From NCBI GenBank assembly GCA_964615885.1, contig CAZTRG010000317.1, forward strand, positions 233-64,232: a DNA stretch of 64,000 nucleotides. Direction: 5' to 3'. Under the pieces are notes generated by a model. The model saw nothing but the letters and a program-made list of their open reading frames with translations, was not told the origin of the DNA and did no database searches. Positions 39,301 to 47,800 of this stretch are shown piece after piece (positions within the stretch are counted from its first letter, which is position 1; every line of letters starts with the position of its first letter). A program made the translations under genes and the position numbers. Origin of the DNA: an uncultured Planctomycetia bacterium. GTDB taxonomy: Bacteria > Planctomycetota > UBA8108.

Positions 39301-39534
39301 CATGCGCTTGATCCCGGCAATGCCGTCCAGGGCCTCCTCGACCCTCATGCAGACGCCCTTCTCGACCTCGGTCGGGGCGGCGCCGGGGTAGGCGACGCGC
39401 ACGAGGATCTTGTCGGTGGAGATCTCCGGAAAGACCTCCTGGCGAACATCCATCACCGTGACGACTCCTGCCACGGCGATCAGGAGCATCAGGAGATTGG
39501 CACAGACACCGTTGCGGGCGAACCAACTGAGCAT
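36310..39534 (-). CDS. RND efflux transporter permease subunit (AcrB family)
   Basis: 1074 aa; LGIVVDDAIIVGE, RFRPILLTSLTT. Confidence 0.95.
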   Translation of the reverse strand: MLSWFARNGVCANLLMLLIAVAGVVTVMDVRQEVFPEISTDKILVRVAYPGAAPTEVEKGVCMRVEEALDGIAGIKRMNSFAGEGAGTATIDALPGTDIKTLLDEVKARVDAISTFPEECEKPAVQEMVLRRRVLEVAVRGEVAYPSLRKAAEKVRDGISALDGVSLVQLTNARPYEISIEISETALQRHGLDFEKVAAAIRRSSLDLPGGSIKTTEGEIMLRAKGQSLKGLEFEDITLLTRPDGTRVRVGDVCSVRDGFADTDQETFFDGKPAIMVSVFRVGDQNATGIAEEIENYLKTAVVDLKLPAELSLTIWQDDSKVLRGRLDLLIRNGRAGLILVFLSLALFLKLRLAFWVALGIPVCFLGAIALMPFFGMSINVVSLFAFIVVLGIVVDDAIIVGESIYRAEHDGQNRLAASIEGSRQVARPVIFAVLTTVAAFFPLLTVPGSLGRIMAVIPTIVISVLIFSLIESLLILPNHLSHGKSRKPSRPNALTSAWGNIQGKVESGLSFVISRLYSPLLDFCLRWRYLSVATSLAIILATCGLFMGGWIKFHFMPKVDADNAVAFVSMPQGTPAEITRRAARRLEESARKLEAQLEAEGHAREGKVFRHICSSLGALPFREAQDTRRGRSAGFSGSHLCEVNIELAPAENRTVNSNEIARRWRELTGPIADANEVTYTASFFNAGDAVNVDLSAGNPEELSKAAGRLKEKLAGLEAVYDITDSFRPGKRELQLRIRKDAEHFGLSQADLGRQVRQGFYGLEAQRILRGRDEIRIMIRYPDAERRSLGDIENMRVRARDGSEVPFRNVADIKYGRGFASINRAERRRITTVKADVDKRISSSSAISARIENEIMPAIIEAFPSVRYSMEGEQRERMESLGGLKKGFALALFMIFILLAIPFKSYLQPLIIMSVIPLGLVAAVWGHIFMGMDMTIFSMFGLVALTGVLVNDSLVMVDFINTSRRAGGGLFETIVMAGQIRFRPILLTSLTTFAGLTPLLLERSLQAKFLIPMAVSLGFGVLFATVISLVMVPVGYLILEDLRSLFSPQAGEKKEAGAQPALEPAAPPVPPPLD

Positions 39535-39539
39535 GATTC

Positions 39540-40805
39540 TTATTCCGTCTCCCCAGCGGTATCTAGTGCGACGGGCATGCCCTCGGCAAAGACCTCGACT
39601 GCCGAGATGCAGACCCGGTCACCGGCGGCAAGGCCGGAAGAGCCGAGGTCGATGATGGCGCTGGCAGCCTCGCGGCGCAGGACCCGGGCCTTTCGGCTCA
39701 CAAGGCGGTAGCGCGGCCCTGGTTTTCCTTCTGCAGCCGGAGGGGCGCCCGGGGCGCTGCCGGACTCCTCGACCAGGAGCACCCGCCCGTCTTCGCGAAC
39801 CGCCTCGCGCGGCAGGGTCGCGACATTGTTGAAGGTCTTGCCGCTGATCTCAGCCCTCACGAACAGGCCCACGGCCAGTGGCGGGCGCTGTTCCCCGGAG
39901 CGGGCATAGGGGTCGGGCACCTGGGCCACGGCGTGAATCATGCGGCTCTGCGGGTCGATGGCTCCCTCGGTTCGAACAATCTGCCCTTTCCAGGGTTCCT
40001 GTTCCTTCCCGCCGAAGCGCGCATAGAGCAAGACCTCCGGCATGGGCTGGGTTTCGCTTGCGGTGTCATCCCTGTAGGCCAGGGGAAGGTTGATGAAGTT
40101 GAGGTCCCGGTCGTTGATCGGCAGCCTCACCTCGGCAAAGTCAACTGAGTAGACCCGCGCTGCCGGTGTTCCCTGGTTGACGAACTGGCCGACATCGGCA
40201 AAGGTTTCGCGGATTCGTCCGGCGAAGGCCGCCCGGATTTCTGTCCGGGAGATGTCGAGCCGGGCTTTTTCAAGCGCAGCCCTGGCGGCGCCGAGAGATG
40301 CCTTCGCCTCGGCAACCTGGGGGTCTCGCAGCAGCAGGGGCGAGGCCTTGCGGGCCATGGTCGGGTCGGTCTTCAGCAGGTTTTCCCATTCCCGCCGCGC
40401 CACGTCGGCCTCCTGCTCTTCTCGCGCGAGGCGAAGCCCGGCCTGGGCGACCGAGGCCTCAGCCTTGGCCTTGGCCAGCTCGTAGTCGGTCGGGTCAATC
40501 CTCAGGAGCACCTCGTCCCGGGCGAAGAAGCCGCCACTGGCCCAGGAGTTGGAGACCCAGGTGATCACCCCGGAAACCTGGGGCACCAGGGTGCTCTCGG
40601 TTCGGGGGCGGATGGTTCCCTGGGAGCTGATGGACATGCGAAGGTCGCCGGGCTGGACTGTCACGGCACGAACCCTGGGAAGTGCTTGAACCGGGATGCG
40701 GGTCTTCGGTGTTGACCGGGCACTGCGCAGAACAGCTAAGGCGGCCCCCCCGGCGAGGAGGACGAAGATGGGGAGCAGGATTTTGAGCTTATTAACTGGG
40801 TTCAT
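39540..40805 (-). CDS. RND efflux periplasmic adaptor (MFP)
   Basis: PQVSGVI..LLRIDP, TEIRAAFAGRI..VGQFV; operon context. Confidence 0.93.
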   Translation of the reverse strand: MNPVNKLKILLPIFVLLAGGAALAVLRSARSTPKTRIPVQALPRVRAVTVQPGDLRMSISSQGTIRPRTESTLVPQVSGVITWVSNSWASGGFFARDEVLLRIDPTDYELAKAKAEASVAQAGLRLAREEQEADVARREWENLLKTDPTMARKASPLLLRDPQVAEAKASLGAARAALEKARLDISRTEIRAAFAGRIRETFADVGQFVNQGTPAARVYSVDFAEVRLPINDRDLNFINLPLAYRDDTASETQPMPEVLLYARFGGKEQEPWKGQIVRTEGAIDPQSRMIHAVAQVPDPYARSGEQRPPLAVGLFVRAEISGKTFNNVATLPREAVREDGRVLLVEESGSAPGAPPAAEGKPGPRYRLVSRKARVLRREAASAIIDLGSSGLAAGDRVCISAVEVFAEGMPVALDTAGETE

Positions 40806-42265
40806 GGTCTTTCTTCTGCGAATACAACCGGGTTCTTGTCGATTTGTCCGTCTTCGGTCCGGGTGAACCCGCCACCGAGAGAGAGGTGCAGGTCGACCCG
40901 CGCATCGAGGCGCAGCCGCTGGACCTGCAGGAGCTGGCTCTCCGACCGGAAGGCATCGCGCTGTGCCGACAGCAGGGTGATGATTCCATCGAGGCCGCGG
41001 GCATAGCGGTCTTCGGCGAGCTCCCGTGCAGACTGGGATTGTTCGACGGCCCGGGTGAGGGCCGCCTCCCTGCGGGCCAGGTAGGTTTCAAGCGCCAGGG
41101 CGCCTTCGACTTCGCCGAAGGCGCGCAGGGCGTTCTTAACATAGCTCTCCAGCGCCTCACGGACGTTGGTGTCGGCGAGGTCGAGGCCGGCCAGCAGTTT
41201 TCCGCCCTGGAAAAGGGGCTGAAAGAGATTGGCCGCGAGGCTCCAGACCGAGAAGTCCCGGTCAAGAATGTCCTGGAGCTCATTGCTGCTGGTGCCGGTG
41301 GAGCCGCTGAGGCTGATCCTGGGCAGGAGGGAGACCCTGGCCTGGTAGAGGCGTTCCTCCTGGGCGGCCAGCCGCCGCTGGAGAGCCTGGATGTCCGGCC
41401 GCCTGGCGAGGAGCTCCGAGGGCAGGCCGGCAGGGACCTTTCCGGGCACCTCGGGCAGCCGGCTGGCGGTCTTGAGGGCTCCGGCCGGGTAGCGGCCCAG
41501 GAGCAGCTCGAGCTGGCGGATGGCGCCATCCTTACGTGCCCTGGTGGCCTCGAGGTTGTCTTCGGCTGTGGCCAGGTTGGCTCGTGCGAGCCTCAGGTCG
41601 AGGGCGGAGCGCAGGCCCCTCTCATAGCGCTCCCGCACCTGTTTTTCGCTGGAGCGGTAATTCTCAACGGTGGCCTGGGCGAGCTCGGCCTGGCGGGTCG
41701 CCTCCAGCGATGCGAACCAGGCCTTGCAGGTCTGTCCGACCAGTGACAGCCGGGCACCGTGAAAGTCAGCGAGGGCCGCCTCCTGGTCTGCCAGGGCTGC
41801 GCTACTGGCGGAGCGTACCCGGCCCCAGATATCGAGCTCCCAGCTCAGGTTCAGAGCCGCTCCGTAGTTCGAGAAGCGGTTGCGGGGAATGCCCTGCATG
41901 CCGGGGATCGGGAAGCCGAAGAAGTTGCGCTGGGATTTTGCCACGTCGGCCTGGAGGCAGAGGGACGGCAGGGAGTCGGCTCCGCTGATGGTGGCCTGGG
42001 CCGCGGCGCGGTCTACCCTTAGCGCAGCCAGCCGGAGGTCATGGTTGTTGCCGAGGCACTCCTCTACAACAGCGTTGAGGCTGCTGTCACCAAAGGCGGC
42101 CCACCAGGCCGGGTCATTTGAGGGCGCACCGTCATTGACAAGGCCCGGTGCCGTCCAGCCGCCGGGCACCTGGACGCCGATGCCAGGGTCCGCCGCCGGC
42201 GGTGAAGAGGCGCAGCCGCTGACAGCGAGCATGGCGGCTGCCATGATTTGCAGCAGGTGTTTCAT
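40802..42265 (-). CDS. Outer membrane efflux lipoprotein (NodT/OprM/TolC family)
   Basis: Lipobox LAVSGC, WWAAFGD, SWELDIWG, PSELLARRPDI, LGGG. ATGA overlap with the TetR stop at 42262-42265. Confidence 0.93.
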   Translation of the reverse strand: MKHLLQIMAAAMLAVSGCASSPPAADPGIGVQVPGGWTAPGLVNDGAPSNDPAWWAAFGDSSLNAVVEECLGNNHDLRLAALRVDRAAAQATISGADSLPSLCLQADVAKSQRNFFGFPIPGMQGIPRNRFSNYGAALNLSWELDIWGRVRSASSAALADQEAALADFHGARLSLVGQTCKAWFASLEATRQAELAQATVENYRSSEKQVRERYERGLRSALDLRLARANLATAEDNLEATRARKDGAIRQLELLLGRYPAGALKTASRLPEVPGKVPAGLPSELLARRPDIQALQRRLAAQEERLYQARVSLLPRISLSGSTGTSSNELQDILDRDFSVWSLAANLFQPLFQGGKLLAGLDLADTNVREALESYVKNALRAFGEVEGALALETYLARREAALTRAVEQSQSARELAEDRYARGLDGIITLLSAQRDAFRSESQLLQVQRLRLDARVDLHLSLGGGFTRTEDGQIDKNPVVFAEERP

Positions 42266-42936
42266 CGGAAGTCTCCCACTGCAGGTCCATTGCTTTGTGC
42301 CTCCAGGGGGGACCGGAGCCCGGCGGCGACGAAGTCGATCAGCCGCCGCCGTACGCCTTCGATATCCGACGGGTCGCAGAGGCCGCCGGAAAGGACCCGG
42401 ATGGAGGGCTGGTCGGCTACGGTGTGGATCATGGCGCCAAGCATGAAATGGACACGCCACATGAGCTCCTCGGGAGACAGGGCCGGAAGGGCCTTCCCGA
42501 TGGCGGCGCAGAAGCGCTGTAGAACTTCACTGAAGAGGTCGCGCAGAAGGGTCTGGAGGGTGTCGCCGGCTTCGCTGTAGATTCCTCCCATGAGGCGCTT
42601 GAACCTCTTGCCTTCCGGGCTGTGGCCCATGCGCAGCGGGGGCATGATCCAGGCATCAAGGACAGCCTCCAGCTCGACCGGGGCCCCGGCGGCGGCAATC
42701 TCGAGGGCGTCAAGCAGCTCGAGGCGCTCGCGGTTGAGGGGCTCGATGCGTCTGAGGAATACCGCGCGAACGAGGCCTTCCTTGGAGCCGAAGTGATAGT
42801 TAACCGAGGCGAGGTTGACCTCGGCTGAGCTGGTAACGGCTCTCAGGCTGGTTGCATCGATACCGCGGTTGCTGAAGAGCTCTTCTGCAGCATCGAGCAG
42901 ACGGTCTTTTGTGGGAGGGAGGGCCTTGCTTCTCAT
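42262..42936 (-). CDS. TetR family regulator (PsrA-like)
   Basis: LLDAAEELF..TSLRAVT..VNLASVNYHFGSKEGL; C-terminal ELMWRVHFMLG..LIDFVAAGLRSP. Confidence 0.92.
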   Translation of the reverse strand: MRSKALPPTKDRLLDAAEELFSNRGIDATSLRAVTSSAEVNLASVNYHFGSKEGLVRAVFLRRIEPLNRERLELLDALEIAAAGAPVELEAVLDAWIMPPLRMGHSPEGKRFKRLMGGIYSEAGDTLQTLLRDLFSEVLQRFCAAIGKALPALSPEELMWRVHFMLGAMIHTVADQPSIRVLSGGLCDPSDIEGVRRRLIDFVAAGLRSPLEAQSNGPAVGDFR

Positions 42937-42939
42937 CTT

Positions 42940-42961
42940 AATTCAAACGTTCGTTTGAATT
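42940..42961. promoter_or_regulatory. Palindromic operator of the TetR/PsrA-like regulator
   Basis: AATTCAAACGTTCGTTTGAATT immediately upstream of the TetR ATG; matches the PsrA-type CAAAC-N4-GTTTG motif. Confidence 0.8.
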
Positions 42962-43067
42962 GTGGGATTTTAGCCCCTTGAATGCAAGTCTTTACTCGCC
43001 GGTGTCCATAAGCGCCTATCAACAGGTAAGAGAGAGGGTTATGAAGTTTCAGCGAACCCGGGCGGGG

Positions 43068-44375
43068 TTATTTCGCCCTTTTCCGGGCTTCTTTCAGCTC
43101 CTTTTCCAGCCTGGCGAGGAGCTCATCGCTTTTTAAGAGGTGAGCTTCTACCGCCCGCCAGGCCCCGGCAATCTCGTCCTTGCTCTTGCGGAAGGCCTCT
43201 GAGTCAGCCTGGAGTTTTTTCCAGGCGGCCTTTCGTCCGGCGGCGATCTCTTCGTTAGAGACTTCCAGCTGGGGGTAGCCGGTCCGGAGTTTCTTTTCCA
43301 GCCCGGCGGTTTCCTCCAGCAGCCGGATGAATGTGGGGTCATTTTTCCTGGCCAGCAGCCGGGATTTTTTCAGTGCAGCTTTGTACTGGGAGGCCGGCAG
43401 GGTTCCAAGCCCGGGGTTCTTTTCCCCCAGGTACTCCTCCTCCTTACGCCGGGCCTTGTTGATGGAGCGGGTGAGCGCCTTGTAGTCCGCATCTTTTTCG
43501 AGAAGCTCTTTGCGCAGGCCGGCGATTTTTTTCCGCGCCTCCTTGGTGGAGATATGGGCAGCGGGGAATTGCTCCCGTGCCGCCTTGCGCAGAAGCTCAT
43601 GGCGCTCTACCAGCTTTCGGTATTCGGGGTCGCCTCTCCAGGCCCTGTCGCGGGCTATGATCTTGCGGTCCTTGTGGCGCTCTTGAAGGTTCCTGGGCAG
43701 CCACGGCCGGCCCGCCTGGCGCGGCAGGAGCTTTTTACGCTGTTGCGCCCATCCTGCTGAGGGGATGGCCTTGTCGAGGCGGATGTTGTCGAAGGCCGCC
43801 CCCGGGCCATCGACCTGCAATGCGAAGTAGCTGCGCTGGCGGTCGATGATCGGATGGCGGCCGACAATGAAATGCTCATCATCGATGCGAGCGACAATTT
43901 CATCTGCAAGGACCTCGACCCGGAGCCGGTACCATTTTTTTTCCTCAAAAGAGAAGGGGCACTCGCCCTGGATGCTGGGCAGATGGCCGGCGGTTGAATC
44001 GCCGGCGGTATTTAAGCGGAAGTGGTCACGGTGAAGCCGGACGACGAAGTTGTATTTGCCTGGAGTTCCCGACATGAGGCGAATCTCCCGGGCACCGCGG
44101 AAGCTGAAGTCGAGGCTGATGACGGCATCCTTGTAGGATGGCTTTTTCCAGAACAGGCGCTTGTTTTCTCCCTTGAGCTCGTTACGAAGCAGGACGCCTT
44201 CTCTCGCCGTCCACCATTCGGTAAAGAACCACCGGTCACTGATCTCGCCCGGCGTGAAGCCTTCATCGATCACCGCGCCGCTGGTTTTTGCCAGCCAGGG
44301 GGTGAGGGCCTCTCCTTCGGCAAGGGCTGTTGGGCAGGGGAGGTAAAAGAGAGCCAGCAGGAGGATGTTCTTCAT
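43068..44375 (-). CDS. Exported hypothetical protein: ConA/DUF1080-like beta domain plus basic coiled-coil C-terminus
   Basis: Signal peptide MKNILLLALFYL; KWYRLRVEV..FDNIRL; K/R/E-rich helical second half. Confidence 0.7.
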   Translation of the reverse strand: MKNILLLALFYLPCPTALAEGEALTPWLAKTSGAVIDEGFTPGEISDRWFFTEWWTAREGVLLRNELKGENKRLFWKKPSYKDAVISLDFSFRGAREIRLMSGTPGKYNFVVRLHRDHFRLNTAGDSTAGHLPSIQGECPFSFEEKKWYRLRVEVLADEIVARIDDEHFIVGRHPIIDRQRSYFALQVDGPGAAFDNIRLDKAIPSAGWAQQRKKLLPRQAGRPWLPRNLQERHKDRKIIARDRAWRGDPEYRKLVERHELLRKAAREQFPAAHISTKEARKKIAGLRKELLEKDADYKALTRSINKARRKEEEYLGEKNPGLGTLPASQYKAALKKSRLLARKNDPTFIRLLEETAGLEKKLRTGYPQLEVSNEEIAAGRKAAWKKLQADSEAFRKSKDEIAGAWRAVEAHLLKSDELLARLEKELKEARKRAK

Positions 44376-44587
44376 GGGGGGTTCCTGGTTCAGTAAGGGG
44401 TTGTAGCCGGGGGCGATGTTACTGCTCCGGAGCGGGGGAGCCAATGGTGTCTCCCCGGGTTTTCTTTTTGCTGTCCGCCGCCGATGGTGGTGGTCTACTG
44501 CCGCCTCATTGGCCCGTCGCAGAAAGGCGGTCCGGCTGGGTCCTGATGGACACTCTCAGCTGCCGCGGGGGCGGCCCGCAGGGGGCA

Positions 44588-44848
44588 TCAATTCGGGCAG
44601 TTGGAGATCTCGCAATTCTCTGCCGGGGTGGTGTCGCAGTCCGGGAAGGGCGCATTGGGGGCGTTTCCGGCCAGGAAGAGGTAGTTGAGGTTGAATACGG
44701 AGTCGCTGAGGGTGATCTCGCCATCGGAGTCACAGTCCATGGCGGCATCGCAACGGGTTTGAGAGTCGCCGAGGAACAGGTTGCGGAGCGTGAAGATTGC
44801 ATCGGCCAGGGTGTTTTTCCCATCGGCATTGGAGTCGCAGAGGAGGAA
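44588..44848 (-). repeat. Dockerin-like module copy 5 (divergent)
   Basis: FLLCDSNADGKNTLADAIFTLRNLFLG..CDAAMDCDSDGEITLSDSVFNLNYLFLAGNAPNAPFPDC. Confidence 0.8.
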
Positions 44849-47800
44849 GGTGGAGTCGGCTCCCCCGGCTCCCGGGCTCACGCTCACATTGAAGCGCCGT
44901 GATCTTGCGCTCTCGGGCTCGCCGGCGGTGGAGACCGTCAGGCTGTAGGTGTACTCACCGGCCTCTGTGAAGACGACGCTGGCCACCGGGAGGTTCGCCT
45001 GGCCTGCGAAGGTGGCCCCTTCCGGCCCGGAAATTTTTTCCCAGGCGAACTCGAGATCATCGCGGCCGCAGGCGCCATCGTGGGAGGCCCTGCCGTCGAA
45101 GGTGATCTCGGCGGAGCCCTCTGCCAGTGTCGCCTCCTGCGCCGGGGTGAACTCGACGACGGGGCGGACAGCGGCGGCCACGGCCGGGCCCTGGCCGAAG
45201 AGCCCGTTCAGGTCCGGGCCCTCCAGGTCGGCATCGAGGCTGAGGACAAAGGCATCAAGCTGCGCCCGGAATTCGCGAACACCGAAAATGAACTCGAGAG
45301 CCCTGTTCTCATCAACGTCTTCCTGGGTGACGGTATAATCTCCCTGGCTGATCCACTGGAAGCGTCCGCCGTTGCCGGTGTTCATGTTGACATCCGGGTT
45401 GCGGTCAAAACCCGGTGGCCGCCAGATGCTGTTGGAGTTGCGGTCGAAGCCGCGGACGCGGAAATAGGCGCGGTAGTTGCCGGCCTGCCGGAAGCGAAGC
45501 CGGTAGACCGCCGAGGACTGCTGGCGGCTGCGGAAATCGCCATCATTGGGTGCTGTCAGGACCCGGCCATCGGCGCTCAGGGATGTGTCCACCCCCTCGG
45601 TGAACCGCCAGGTGATGCCATCGTCGTCGGGGTCGGTGATCTCGCCGTAATCGGTCGAGCGCAGGGCGATATAGTCGCTTCCCTCTCGCTGCTCACCGGG
45701 AAGGTCCTCGGCCTCCGCCTCCTGGGGTGGGCCATCGGTCGGCAGGGTGATCCGGGCGCGCTCAAAGCCTGTGCGGTCGCGGGCGACGATCTCGATCCTG
45801 CCCGGGGCCCGGATGTCGATGTCGGCACTCCAGGTGCCCGACTGGTAATCAAAGACCGCCTTTGTTTCTCCGACGAAGATGTCCGAGGAGCCACAGGATG
45901 GCGCTACGCCCTCTATGCTGATCCTGGGGCGATTCGGATAGAGGATTCCTTCGCAGGTGGTGCCGCCGCTGATCCCGGTAATTTCAAAGCGGGTGTCGAT
46001 GCGTTCTTCGAGATAGGCGCGTCGCTGGTCAGCGTAGTCGCGCAGGCGGTTGATCCGGCCGTTTGCGAAGAGGGGGGCGACGTGGTCAATCCGGGCGTCG
46101 ACCTGCTCATCTCCCCAGGCGCTCTCGAGGAAGGTGGCAATGTAGCACAGGTAGTCGGGGGCGTAGCGGGGATGCTCGAGGAAGCGTTCGATCTGGTCTA
46201 CCGTTGGCCTGAAAAGCTCCTGGTTGGCCTGGTCAAAGCAGCTGTCGAGATCCCAGGGCAGCAGGATCCAGCGGTTATCGCTGAAGCGGCGGTAGAGAAA
46301 ATAATCATCGCCATTGTTCAGCACGATGCTGTTCTCGGTAGAGCCCAGCATGGCATAGGTGGCGAAATACTTGCTCCACTGCAGCACATCGATCCTCTGC
46401 TCAACCGCCTCGGGAAAATCAGCGTCGGAGGTCTCTCCGCTGTCGAAGTCCCGGCAGAGGTCGGCTACATCGCTGTAGTCGTCCGCGTCCCGGTTGGTGT
46501 CCTTGCGATAGTTGCCCCGGTAGCGGTCAGCGTTTTCACCGCGGTAATCCAGGTTGGCCTGCCCGATTCCGCGGTAGAGATTTCCATCGGAGTCGCCGGG
46601 AAACACCCGCTCAAGGAAATCCTGGCGGATCACCTCGACCCTCAGGTGCCAGCCCGGGTCGAGCTCCCTGTTGAAGGAGAGGCGCCGGAACCAGGCCAGC
46701 GGCGTTGCCGTTCCCGTGCGGCGCAGGAAATCAAGGCCGAGCCATTGCTGGTCGGCATTGCAGCCGTTCATGTTGATTCGCTTGATGCCGTGGAAATCAG
46801 AGTCGTGGTCGAACTGGATCCGGTAGCTCAAGGGATTGCAGCTTCGCGCAGAGGAGCCCCTCAGGCGGATTCCGCGGTTGTGCCAGGCGCGGCCATCGGC
46901 CACCAGGGTCATGTTCGCAAGCTCTTCGCTGCCGCGGGCCCGGTTCCTGAAATTCTGCAGGCCGCTCCTGCGCATGATGATCCGGTAGAGGGGGCGGAGC
47001 TCCCCGGGGGGAGAGTCTTCGACCTGGTAGAGGCAGGGGCGCTCCGGCGCATCTTCCGGAGCCCGGACAGACTGGTCTCCTTCGGCCTGGGCATTGATCC
47101 AGAAGGCCACGATGTCGAGATCGGACTGGGCCGGGATTTCAGCGCCATAGATTCCGTTCCCTTCCACCCCGTCGTCACCTTCTCCATCGTCAACCATCTC
47201 GATGGTCTCCCTGGAATCGTCATCGCCGTCGACCTCCCAGGTGAGGCTTACCCCGGTGAGCTCGCGCTCGTCGGAAACGGAGGCCAGTACGCGAACGCTT
47301 TCATCGGCGGTCGGCATGACCGGGTGATGGCGTATACCGGCAATAATCGGGTCGGGGTCGGGTTGCGAGCGGGTGTTGAAGCGTCCCGGTGAGCCCTGCT
47401 CTTCGCTTGCCCGCCAGGCGGGGCCGTAGCGGTTTTCGATCCCCGGGTTGATGAGCTCAAGAGAGGGGCCCTCGCCGTCAGGCGTTTCGGGGTAGCTTCC
47501 TTCATCGGCGTAGCGCACCCGGTCGGCGGGGTTGCCATTCTGGTCTCTGAGCAGGAGCGTCTCTGCAGAATTGCTGAGGCCGCCCTCCCAGGGGCCGAGA
47601 ACATTTCCAAGGCCGTAGTGTTTCTGTGTCAGGAGGGGCTCCCGGGCCAGCACGAGGTACTCTCCGGGGCCGATGCTTGTGCCGTTGGGGAACTCAAAGT
47701 CAATTCCCCTGGTAAAGGCCCAGCCGCTGAGATTGACGGCTTCCCCTGAGCGGTTCAGCAGCTCGATATACTCACCGCCGGCATCATCGGCCGGGTTGTA

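Noticed and set aside
45080-47392. 770-aa plus-strand ORF, and similar long ORFs at 18746-19906, 50265-51503, 55629-56768 and 61208-62848
   Set aside because: Antisense shadows of well-supported genes, as expected in high-GC DNA.
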